Shown here in pieces: positions 39,305 to 49,838 of a stretch of DNA of 64,000 bases. The notes under the pieces were generated by a model. It did no database searches and was not told the DNA's origin. It saw nothing but the letters and a program-made list of their open reading frames with translations. A program made the position numbers and the translations under genes. Source of the DNA: Phoronis australis (taxonomy: Eukaryota; Animalia; Phoronida); assembly GCA_002633005.1 (NCBI GenBank), contig NMRA01000350.1, forward strand, positions 317,642-381,641, written 5' to 3'. Every line of letters starts with the position of its first letter. Within the stretch, counting starts at the first letter, position 1.

Positions 39305-40309
39305 CATCATAGGGTATCAAGAGATTCTAGAAGTAAATATCTATAACTAGCTAAGCTTTAAAACAGCGAAATAGCTCTCAAAATGTAGTGTGGCGTGAAT
39401 GTCTTTAAATCGACCAAGAAACAAAACAGCAGAAAATGAGTGATTGTTATCTGCTATTTTGGTGTACATGTACTTGCTAACATAGTACGATAAAGTGCAT
39501 GCATTTCAAATTTAGAATTGAAGGTGATAGTCAAATGATTGTTGTTCATACAGTGTCCACTTTGATTGTGAATTGGTGGACTGACATGCATGCGGGTGTA
39601 CACATGTGTGCGTTTTCATTCCTTTTAAGTCCAGTACACGCCGAAGGCAAGTTCACTATAGGCAGTCTTCTGTCGTTGCTCAAACTAAGAACCAGACATT
39701 AACTATCGTGTGTTCTTGCACTGAGGAAACGAGCATGTACACAGTACTAGGGAAAAGCAGGTCTAGACCTAATGAAACTTTGGTCAATGAAGAAAGTGTT
39801 CCCCTTGTCCATCAGTGACAATGGTGCACAACCTCGCAGACTTCTTACGAGCATCAAACTTGATGCAAAAGATTTCCAAGGTTATGTGTCACTATTCCGG
39901 AGGTTCACTTTTCGGAAAGCCCATTACCCTGAAGTTTCACTACTTCGACAATTCATTACTCTGATTGCCCTACTAATGAGTCTGAGCTGACATGAGAAAA
40001 GTATTGTTTTTGTAACCATTTAGTAACCATTTAAAATGTATGCAGGATCAGTTGAATACTTCTTAAAACATTGATTACATCGTTTACAAATGAGCTTCAT
40101 TTCAATCACTGCGAATCGTGACGTCTTGAATCTCAAGCAGGGACAACATCTGGGAAACGGGTAAGGGCTGCTGCGACCTGAAGTCTGAATGGGACCCCTC
40201 TGGCTTTGTGAAGACTGGCAGGGACAGGGTAGCCTTCTAAGTACTATAAGTTTCCACCACTTCCGTAAGATGAGGTAATTAATAATCAATATCCCTACTT
40301 CTTCATGTT

Positions 40310-40756
40310 CTTTTAAAAGGATAGTAGCCTAAACTCTATGATGATTTCCACCAAGTTCGTTCTGTCACCTGCTAATGCGTCAGTGGCGTTAATCTTCCAA
40401 GTTAAAGTATACCAAACCCGATTTTATCCCATTAAAAGATTCTAAAAACAACTTTACCATCCAGTTCTCTGAAACGAAATATTGCTCGGTTCGACAACCT
40501 CTAAGTTTTGAGGAAAATCAGAAAACCCCTTACAAATTCTTGTATAGGGGCAAGCGTACACTACGCTTTTAGGGAGTTTTGGCGCGGCAAAAGGCCGCCC
40601 ACCAAGGGCCATAATGTCCAATTCTCGAGATAGTGGATATGAGTTCTTAGTATCTTGTGCTTCATCTTTCAAGATTAACGCCAATGGTGTGTGAGCAAGT
40701 GAGAGAACGAGGATTGGTTGAAAATCATCAAAATAGGGCTTAGAATCTTTTTTAAG
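40310..40756. mobile_element. Non-autonomous DNA transposon with ~95-bp degenerate TIRs and TTAA flanks (Kolobok-like)
   Basis: ttaaaagga..atgatgatttccaccaa..ggcgttaatctt inverted against aagattaacgcc..ttggttgaaaatcatca..tctttttaa. Confidence 0.6.
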
Positions 40757-43700
40757 GAAGGAATCACGTGAAAATTCATACACCCTTCATGTCAAAGTTT
40801 GGACAATAAAGTCCTTGCTGGGTGGACCTTTCCCACAGTTGCCGTGTAATTCACAAAAAGCGTAGGTTACGCTTGCTCGTTTAGCAAACTTTGAAAGGAG
40901 TGTTCATATTTTTCAGCAAACTTTTGAGGGTTGTCAGTGGTTATAGAGTATTATTTTGTTTCAGATAACTGGGTGGGAAAGTCATTCTTGTTATTGGGCA
41001 ATAGGCCAAACCCGGATTTGGTATCCTTTTATGAAAATGCATGAACGTACTTAGTTTTCCATATTCGTGCGACATGCAGGCAATTTCGTATGCATAGGAA
41101 ATCAATAGGACGTTGTTTTCGGTATACATATATTACACCACTCGGGGGATCTAATAACCGAAGTATCGTTTACTTTTGCATGCAAAATTATAAAAAATTA
41201 ATCTTTGGTTCGAAAATTTAGATATTTTCGGATTAGTGAACCCTCGGAGTAGTGAACGTTCAGAATAGGCCTAGTGCGCTGTGCCCATTTCCAGCGATGA
41301 AAGTAACACGCAAAAATACAACCAGATAAAAATTTCGTCAAGTCATTCTCAGACTAAAAAATTCTCTCTGAGTATGTATTTAAGCACGCCTGATTTGAAA
41401 ATTTGCTGGGTCGACCTTTGCAAAACAGCAAAGGTCCACTGTTCCAGAAATTCGAACCACCCCCTGGGTAATGCTGGCCACGGGCCTGAAATGCCGCTTG
41501 CTATGACATGTCACATGGGAAAACACTATACAGTGTATGTCATATGGGAAAACACTTTCTGTGGATAACAACGAAGGCATATATAATTTATGCTAAGTTT
41601 GTTGTTTTAGAAGGACAACACAAACCAAAATATTTTGTTCAAATTTTAATCAATGAACACGTTATAGGTTTGAAGTAAGAATGGACTATATGAAACGCTA
41701 TCGTTCACTGGCCCGAGACCACAGAAGTTTCACGACACCTATAATGATGACTTTAGTGTCCAACGAAATTGAACGTCCCATTGAAAGCATCGATACATGC
41801 GGATAAAATATGTTAATTGGCGACTGTACATGCACATCGTACTCCTTTGATAATCAGGTGTGAACACTTATAATTCTCATTCTTGTATTTCTGACGTCGG
41901 CAGTTTGATGCAAACGTGCATATAACGCGCAAGATTATTGGCATTAATAGGAGGTGCACTGACAGCGCATGCTTGATATATGCATGTACATGTACATTTC
42001 TACACGTAGTTTTGAGGTAAAAAAGAGCACAATTATTTCCGGTCACCTTGATATTTTTTGAAATTCTTAAAAGCAGAATTGCACGCACGCACCCGATGAT
42101 TTTAGGCAACACGATAATGCCTCTTGGGTCCAGCCTAGTTGTTAGCGTATTGGTTTGTCAACTCAGCAACAATCATTGCCTAAAGAACTATGACTACATT
42201 GGCTTAAGGGACGTTTCTTTGTGTGGGAACGACAAAAATACCATGACCACAACCCTCCGACTGAGCTGACCCCGCCTCCGTTGTCCGGTGGACACCACTA
42301 GAGCGCAAATCACTGCGTCACTGAAACTGCCCTGAGCCGAGAAGCATAGATTTGTTGTTCTACCCTAGCTAAGATCAAGCGAATTTCTGTTTTTGAAAAA
42401 GATTAATTACAAATATGGCATCGTTGCATCCATACTCAAAACAACCGTCACCATCCAGAACAAAACATGAGGCTAATAACCGTGACAACAATACAAAGTT
42501 TTATCATTACCGCCTTGGCTGATATATACCCATACCACAACTGAGCCTGTGACAAATGCTTTAAAATAACAATTAGAAATATGGCTATTCGTGAATAGTT
42601 GGTGTTTTACTAGAACATTCCAGAGCTGTAGTTGCATAAATATATATCTTCCGTCGCTAATGAAGTCCTATGATAAGTCAACCTTGTACAAAATAATGTA
42701 AACAAGAAAGGTGGCATCTGGCAAACTAACTGAGTGGTTGTGATGGTCAAAGCAAAACATTAATCACCAATAAGATATTGATTTCTGATATAATACCATT
42801 GTTTTAACAGTAACCTCCATTGTTAGCGACTCTTGCTCAGTTTACTACCTATTATTAGCATTCGTTGCTATAACAAATTCGATATCTCAAAGTTTACCAT
42901 CGAGATGCGTGTTTGGTTGTCACTTGTATCGTTTTGTTTGAGAGTGAAGGGTGTGCTGATACTTACTCTTGCGAGGAGTGTTAAATTCAACACAAGGTGC
43001 TCAAACTATTGGCTGTAAGTTATTTCGAGTTTTGTTAAATGTAGACTTGGTGGAATTGTACAAATTAATAGATACCGATTTTGTATTAATTTAAATACCA
43101 CGAGTTTCTGGTTGCTGCTTCAGTGTTAAATATAATTCGAAGCTCATAATTATTGAACAACAATTTTAAGTTTTAATAACACTTACTGATTGGATATTTT
43201 TAAACTGTGGTTAAGTGTTGGGTTAAGCGGTAATGAAGCTGGCGCAACATTTATTTGATGCGTCTCCAGCGTAAGAGATGTTATTTTATTTATAAAAACT
43301 TTACATGGAATCAATGTTAATGGGCCGCAAATAGCTAATTTGACTTAGTTCAGTGAACCTTTTGTTGGTTTATTAGCTGAATATTGCGTCTTTAAGACAT
43401 AAATTCAAAACATTCCGAACCATTGAAACTGGTTTTCTGCTGCAGCCTTTATAAAAAGGTGTTTTGCATGGTTTAATAGAAATGTTGATTTTAACATTCT
43501 TTGCTTAAGGTAGACGATATCAATTCTATTGCTTGGTCGATTTACTGGTCAATATTGAGTTACTCCCGTGTGTAGGCTAGTATTACTGAGAAAATCGTTA
43601 CAGGCAAAATAAAAATTATTTGCAGTTCGAACGGAGACTGTGTTCGTTTCATAGAATGGAGAAGATGTAGCCACGTTGCCATTGAATTAAACAACAACTG

Positions 43701-43910
43701 AGCTATTTAGCAAACAAAAATATGTACGCAAAAATCTATAGCTGCAGTTATGCTTTTGCATAGGTATTCTTATAGTAACTACACAACAAGTTGTCTGTTG
43801 CTGCAAATAATTTTACATTATCTAGCTATTTATACAATCTGTTGTGTTTTTCTGAGCAAATGTACTTTCTACAACTGTTTGACATGCACATTTTTGCTTC
43901 CAGGTGAAGG

Positions 43911-46900
43911 ATGACGGACACCATGGACAAAGTAGAGACATTTATTCCATCGACTGGTGTGCGCTACGATAAAACTCGATATACAATGACTTATTTACAG
44001 GCTCGCAGGTTAACGCGAGAACTGGAAAAGCAGACTGTAGAACACCAAGAAAAAATTTCTGAGAAACAAACTAAGTTGTCACAATTGGAAAAAGAAAACG
44101 ATTTGAAGGCGAAAGACATTAATTCGTTGAAAAAGTTAACGGCGGATTACAAGGAAAAGATAAAAACAAAAGAGGTTCTCATCAAGCAATTACAGGAAGA
44201 CATTGAACGGAAAAGAAGTGAACTTAGTTCCGCTCAAAGAGACATTGCGTCAACAAAAGAACGAAATGTGTTTTTTGAAGAAGCTGTGAAACGGCAAAGA
44301 TCAGAGAAGGATAGTTGGAGACGGCGTTGTGAGGATGTAACGTCAGATTTAACGACTCTTGTTAATCAATTTAGATTATTTCCAGAGCTTCCGAAGAGCG
44401 ACATCCAGGCCATGTTTTGTGAAGGTTTAAAACTGCAGATTAACATGAGCAACAGCAGACTGAATGAATACAAAAATGAACAAAAATTCCTGCAAGCGGA
44501 GCTCGAAAAACTGAATGAAGTTCGAGACTATGAAGAAAAGATCATGAGTCCGTCAACGAAGATACGACAAATCAAAGACTTGATTAAGAAATACGAAAAG
44601 CGCATGTCAAAGGTTTTGTCAGACCTTTCTGAAACCAAAGAGGCTATTCGCGTCAAGGAAGCTGAACTCGGTCATTATCGTCTTTCTCAGGATGAAACAA
44701 CGACTAGTGATATTCACCTGAAGAAGATGGTACATGGATTTCGAACAATGTTCACTGAAATTAACAATGTTCTCAAGAAAAAAGCGGAAGAGGCAAATCT
44801 GATTACCCAGAGGCACGCAGACCTTCAAGGTGAGCACGAAACCCTGAAAAAAGCGTATACTGAAATATCGCAGGTTCCTAAAAATGAACGCGAAGAGCTT
44901 CTTAACAAAGAAATAGGGCAACATAAGCTGGTAATTCAGCAGCTGCACGGACGAATCGAAGAAGGTGAAAATAATAAAAAGGTGCTCAGGGAAGAAAACG
45001 ACAACCTCACTAAAAACTTAGCTGAGCTCAAAACAAGGTTACGAGAGGTTAAAGGGATGTTGTATAACGAACAAAATACAACACAGAAGATGAAAGAGCG
45101 CATGTCGGACCTTGAAGCTGAAATTAAACAATGGAAGCTACAAAACAATGACACCAAGGTGGCCAAGAAGGAACTCGAGTCAGAAATGAGTGGTATGGGA
45201 GATAAACTTAAGAAGGAGAAAGAAGTCAGTCAGGCTTTGCGCAATGAAAATGAGTCATTACACGAAGAAATCAAGAAACATCGAAAACAAACCGTATCGT
45301 TGCAGAAGAAGTCAACTGAGGCTGGAAACAAGAAGAAAGAGATGGCTTCCAAACTAGAAGAGCTTGAACGGAATCTTAAAAGCGAGAAGGACAAAGTGAA
45401 AGCTTTACGTGAGGACAAAAACCGACTCTACAATGAAATTGGTGAAACGCGTGACTACAAGACCGAAGTGGGCGTACTCAAGAGCAAACTTAAAACAATG
45501 CAAGATTCCGCATCGGAAGCAGAAAACTTGCGGAAAATGCTCGACACTGAAAAGAAAGCAGCTTCAAAGTATACCGACGAGCTGGCAACGGCACAGAATG
45601 AGTTGCGTAAAGCTGTAGACGAAAGAGACAGACTGCGGGCCGACGTCTTAGAAATGGAGGCACAGAGTGGTTCATTGAGATATGAACTGGGTCAAGCTAA
45701 GAAAGCTATAGATTTGGAGCAGGAGAATTTCAGCCTGTTTAAAGAGGACTATGAGAAGTTCCAGAGAGAAAACGTGGCCCTCAAATCAGATATTGCCACC
45801 ATGCAGAAACAAAAGAGAGAAGTGACAGTGAAAGAAAAACAGTTACAATTGAAGATAGGCGAGTTAGAGCTCAAGTTACAAAAAGAGGTGGACAAGGTGT
45901 ACGACGCAAAGCAAAATGTAAACACACAAATCGCATCCCTAAAAGAAGACGTCTCGTCAAAGAAAGCTGAAATAAAAAACTTAACAAACATTGCAGAAGG
46001 ATTAAAAGGAAAGGTCAAAGATTTAGAATCCCAGGTTGCAGAGTTGAACATTCTAATAGAGTCCGAGCAAAAGGCAGCTGCGTTGTCAAAGGACGAGAAA
46101 AATGAGCTTGTAAAGAAAAGCGAGAAGCTGAAAACTGAGGTTGAAAGTCTAAAGAAACGGGTTGCTGAACCGGAGAAGAAAGTAAAGAGCTTAGAAGAAG
46201 ACCTGAAGAAGGCCCACAAGAGTCTAGATGAAGAGCGAGCTAAAGTCGCAAAGCTAGAAAGTGCAAAGTTGTCGTCCGAAAAGGCGAAAAACACTTTATT
46301 GGACACTGAGAAGAAGACTGCCAAACAACTCGATGAACTTAAAGGTGAACTAGAAAAGACCAAAAAACTGCTAGACGAGTCTAAATCACAAATAAAGAAA
46401 TTGCAACAATCGGCCAAGGAAGTCCAGGAACTCAATGTACTGATGCAGGGTGAAAAGGAAAAGACCAAGGAAACTGAGGGTGAGAACAAAACTTTGCAGG
46501 AAAAAATTAAGAGAAGCGAGGAAGAAAATAAAACATTGAAAGAAAAAATCCAAACTTTCGAAGAAAACAGCGTTTTAATCCACAAAGAAAAGAGTGACTT
46601 GACAAAGAACATACAGGAATTGAAAGCTAAAGCTGCCGAAACTACGCTTCTCCTTGAAAGTGAACAGAAGGCTGTTAAAGCTTTACAAGAGAAAGTCACG
46701 GCTCTCCAGAAAGAAAAAGAAACTACAAATCATGCAGTCGATATGAAAACTAGTAATGTATCGACAGTTAAAGCACCGAATACAGCACAAAAAGAACCTA
46801 CGAAAATGGATACTCGAAAAACTGAGTCCAAGAAAAGCGTGCATCCTAAGGATACTAAATCTCCGGAAGCACAAGCGAAAGTGAATGGTGACAAGAAGAA

Positions 46901-49838
46901 AACAGAAGAACAGTCTAAGACGATCAGTGATCTTCAAGGTGAAACTAAAACATTGCGGGCTAAAGTAAAGGATTTAGAGAGTGCTTTGGCAGAGTCAAAG
47001 AAAGGGTCAAATGCTAGTAAAGCCGGTGATACAAAGAAACCATTGCAAAATAAAGGGAAAGCTGATAATGACACTAACACTCAGGTAAAGAAAGCAGAAG
47101 ACCTAAGCAAAAAGTTAGATGCATTGCAAAACGAAAATAAGGACCAGTCTAAGACGATCAGTGATCTTCAGGGTGAAACTAAGACATTGCGGACTAAAGT
47201 AAAGGAATTAGAAAGTGCTTTAGCAGAGGCTAAGAAAGGGTCAAATCCAAGTAAAGTCGGTGATACAAAGAAACCATCACCGAATAAAGGGAAAGCTGAT
47301 AATGACACCAATACCCAGTTAAAGAAAACTGAAGACCTAACTAAGAAGTTGGATGCGTTGCAAAACGAAAACAAGGATTTACAAGCAAAGGTGAAATCAC
47401 TGGAGACCCGTTTGTCTGATACTAATAAAACTGGTGTTCCAACTGAAATGGACCCTGAGGCGTCACTGGGAAATAAAGCAAGCAACGCGAATAGCGCGGG
47501 CGATATTCAAAAATTCGAAGACCTGGAAAATGAAAACAAGAAGTTGACTAAGGAACTTGGTAATCTTACAGGGAAACTAAAGGACGCGGAAAAGAATGCA
47601 GAAGACGCTAAAAAGGAAGTCGACGCTGAAAAGCGAGCCATAAAAAGACTTGAACACACAAATACAATTCTCGATAACGACCTGAAGAAAGCGCAAAAAA
47701 TGTTAGAAATAGCAAAAGGCAGTAACAATTCTATAGCTGATATGGAGAAGTTAACAAGCGATAACCAATCACAAAAGCAGGAAATCGTAAAATTAAAGAC
47801 AATCGTGATGGCTTTGAAGCAGAAAGCAGCAAGAGGATCGCAACCGTCGTCGGCCAAGCAGTCAGCAGACCAAGGTGGGAAGGATAAGAAACCCACTGAA
47901 ACGAGGTCCAGCGAATATGAAGCTCTAAAAGTAGAGTATGAGAAATTGCAGACAAACGTTAATAAAGCCAAAGAAATTATTCAACAAAATAAGGGCACCA
48001 TACAACAACTGAAGAACGACAAAGAAAAGCTAGCCTCAGAGATCGAGATGCTTAAATCTACGAATTCTGAAGAGAAAGGGGGCGACATGGCTACAACTCT
48101 GCAGACAGAATTAGATCAGCTAAAAGTCAAGCTCCAGGAAACTGAGAGAGAAAAGTGCGAACTACAAGAAGTTAAAAAGCGTTTTGAGCTTGATCTCGAA
48201 GGTTTGAAAGCGACGTCAATAGATCAGAAAACTAAAGTATTTGATAAGCAAAAAGAAAACATTCAGAAATTGGAGAGGGAGCGTTCCGCACTGCACAAAG
48301 AACTTTCAAGCACAAGTACGAGTTATACTAAAGAAAAAGAGAAAGCAAAGGAGATGTCGCAGAAAATAAAGACCCTTAATGAAACGGTCAATAGGAAAGA
48401 CAAAGATATCGCAGAACTTACAGAGACAAAAGAAAGGCATGAAGCTGAGATCGACAGCTTAAAAAATGACGGTGCTTCAAAAGAACAAGGTATTTCAAGT
48501 TTGCAAAACGACGTTGCCTCACTGAAAGAATCAGCATCTCAAAAAGATGCCAAAATCAAGGAACTTTCTGATGGAAACATGAAGCTCAAAGTTTTGTACA
48601 AAACGGTGAAAACGCAGTTCGAAAATTTGAAAACTGCAAACGACGACCAAGCAAAAGCAACAAAGATGTCGAAAGAGGAAATTGAAAAGCTGAACGCTGA
48701 GATTAAAAACCTCAATGAGAAAAATGAAGAGGCTTCAAAGAAACATTTTGACACGGAGGAAGAGTTAAATAATCTGACAACTAAGCATGCTAGTCTTGAA
48801 CAGGAGATAGCCAAATTGAGGGACGACTATGCTAAACTTGAAAAAGCTGCAAAGATGCTGAAAACGCAGGGAGAAGAACAGAAAAAGAAAATTGACGAAG
48901 CCCAGGAGTCATCCAAAGGTTCGGACGAAACGATTGAAAATTTGAAAAAGGAAGTTAAAGAAACAAATGCACAGTCCCTGAAAATAAAATTGTTATACAA
49001 GACTGTCAAAAGTCAACTGGATGCCGCGAAAGCGAAGAGTGTCGAGGACAAAACGACCATTGAAAGCATTTCAAAGCAATTCGAGGAAACAAAAGCGGCT
49101 CTCGAAAAAGACAGAGCCAGTCTGAAGAAAGCAGAGGATGATTTCAAACAACTTGATGAGGAAATGGCACCAAGAAAAGAACGAATGCGAAAGGCAAAGG
49201 AAGAGCTGAAACAAGAGAAGGAAGCAAGAGAACAATTGGAAAGTAAAGTTGAAGAACTTGAAAAGGCTCTAAGTAACGAAAAACTTATTGCAGAAAACAA
49301 AACGTTGGAAACCGAAAACGAGAGGCTTAGAAGTGAGCTAAAAAATATGGGAAAAAATGACAAGATGAAGGAGAAATACGCAGCATTAGTAGAGTTAACG
49401 CAGAAGCAGACAAATGAATTTGACAAAATGGAAAAGGAGCTGCAGTCAACAAAATCTAGCAACGACGAATTGACCCTGAAAGTAAACGCAGCGAAGGAAA
49501 TGAACCAGAAGAGTAAAGAAGCCATGCGTAAGCAGGAGACCCAGATTGCAATATTGACACAAGACAAGCAGATGCTTCAGAAGAAGTTGGCTATGTTAAC
49601 TGAGAAAGGGGCGGCCGGACAAGCAATAGAAAAGCTCAAGGAACAGAATCAGAAGCTAGTGCAGGAAGTGATGAAGAGTCGTACGGCTATACAAATGTTG
49701 AGGATGAAGGCGGGTATTGGAGGCGGTGACACTGCATCCCTTTTGAGTAAGTCGAGCAAAATGGCCGGAGGAGAAAACAGTAAGACTGTCACTGCAGCAG
49801 CTGCTCTGTTCAAGAAAAAGAAAGATGGCGGTAATTAA
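43911..49838 (+). CDS. Uncharacterised giant coiled-coil protein, 1975 aa, single coding exon
   Basis: 5.9-kb uninterrupted ORF, K/E/L-rich with heptad patterning throughout; no motor or globular domain recognised. Splice acceptor tttttgcttccag ends at 43903 and an in-frame TGA at 43905-43907 fixes the ATG at 43911. AATAAA near 50519. Confidence 0.9.
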   Translation: MTDTMDKVETFIPSTGVRYDKTRYTMTYLQARRLTRELEKQTVEHQEKISEKQTKLSQLEKENDLKAKDINSLKKLTADYKEKIKTKEVLIKQLQEDIERKRSELSSAQRDIASTKERNVFFEEAVKRQRSEKDSWRRRCEDVTSDLTTLVNQFRLFPELPKSDIQAMFCEGLKLQINMSNSRLNEYKNEQKFLQAELEKLNEVRDYEEKIMSPSTKIRQIKDLIKKYEKRMSKVLSDLSETKEAIRVKEAELGHYRLSQDETTTSDIHLKKMVHGFRTMFTEINNVLKKKAEEANLITQRHADLQGEHETLKKAYTEISQVPKNEREELLNKEIGQHKLVIQQLHGRIEEGENNKKVLREENDNLTKNLAELKTRLREVKGMLYNEQNTTQKMKERMSDLEAEIKQWKLQNNDTKVAKKELESEMSGMGDKLKKEKEVSQALRNENESLHEEIKKHRKQTVSLQKKSTEAGNKKKEMASKLEELERNLKSEKDKVKALREDKNRLYNEIGETRDYKTEVGVLKSKLKTMQDSASEAENLRKMLDTEKKAASKYTDELATAQNELRKAVDERDRLRADVLEMEAQSGSLRYELGQAKKAIDLEQENFSLFKEDYEKFQRENVALKSDIATMQKQKREVTVKEKQLQLKIGELELKLQKEVDKVYDAKQNVNTQIASLKEDVSSKKAEIKNLTNIAEGLKGKVKDLESQVAELNILIESEQKAAALSKDEKNELVKKSEKLKTEVESLKKRVAEPEKKVKSLEEDLKKAHKSLDEERAKVAKLESAKLSSEKAKNTLLDTEKKTAKQLDELKGELEKTKKLLDESKSQIKKLQQSAKEVQELNVLMQGEKEKTKETEGENKTLQEKIKRSEEENKTLKEKIQTFEENSVLIHKEKSDLTKNIQELKAKAAETTLLLESEQKAVKALQEKVTALQKEKETTNHAVDMKTSNVSTVKAPNTAQKEPTKMDTRKTESKKSVHPKDTKSPEAQAKVNGDKKKTEEQSKTISDLQGETKTLRAKVKDLESALAESKKGSNASKAGDTKKPLQNKGKADNDTNTQVKKAEDLSKKLDALQNENKDQSKTISDLQGETKTLRTKVKELESALAEAKKGSNPSKVGDTKKPSPNKGKADNDTNTQLKKTEDLTKKLDALQNENKDLQAKVKSLETRLSDTNKTGVPTEMDPEASLGNKASNANSAGDIQKFEDLENENKKLTKELGNLTGKLKDAEKNAEDAKKEVDAEKRAIKRLEHTNTILDNDLKKAQKMLEIAKGSNNSIADMEKLTSDNQSQKQEIVKLKTIVMALKQKAARGSQPSSAKQSADQGGKDKKPTETRSSEYEALKVEYEKLQTNVNKAKEIIQQNKGTIQQLKNDKEKLASEIEMLKSTNSEEKGGDMATTLQTELDQLKVKLQETEREKCELQEVKKRFELDLEGLKATSIDQKTKVFDKQKENIQKLERERSALHKELSSTSTSYTKEKEKAKEMSQKIKTLNETVNRKDKDIAELTETKERHEAEIDSLKNDGASKEQGISSLQNDVASLKESASQKDAKIKELSDGNMKLKVLYKTVKTQFENLKTANDDQAKATKMSKEEIEKLNAEIKNLNEKNEEASKKHFDTEEELNNLTTKHASLEQEIAKLRDDYAKLEKAAKMLKTQGEEQKKKIDEAQESSKGSDETIENLKKEVKETNAQSLKIKLLYKTVKSQLDAAKAKSVEDKTTIESISKQFEETKAALEKDRASLKKAEDDFKQLDEEMAPRKERMRKAKEELKQEKEAREQLESKVEELEKALSNEKLIAENKTLETENERLRSELKNMGKNDKMKEKYAALVELTQKQTNEFDKMEKELQSTKSSNDELTLKVNAAKEMNQKSKEAMRKQETQIAILTQDKQMLQKKLAMLTEKGAAGQAIEKLKEQNQKLVQEVMKSRTAIQMLRMKAGIGGGDTASLLSKSSKMAGGENSKTVTAAAALFKKKKDGGN
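46911..47378 (+). repeat. In-frame 234-bp (78-aa) tandem duplication inside the coiled-coil ORF
   Basis: QSKTISDLQGETKTLR..LDALQNENKD twice (46911-47144 and 47145-47378). Confidence 0.95.
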
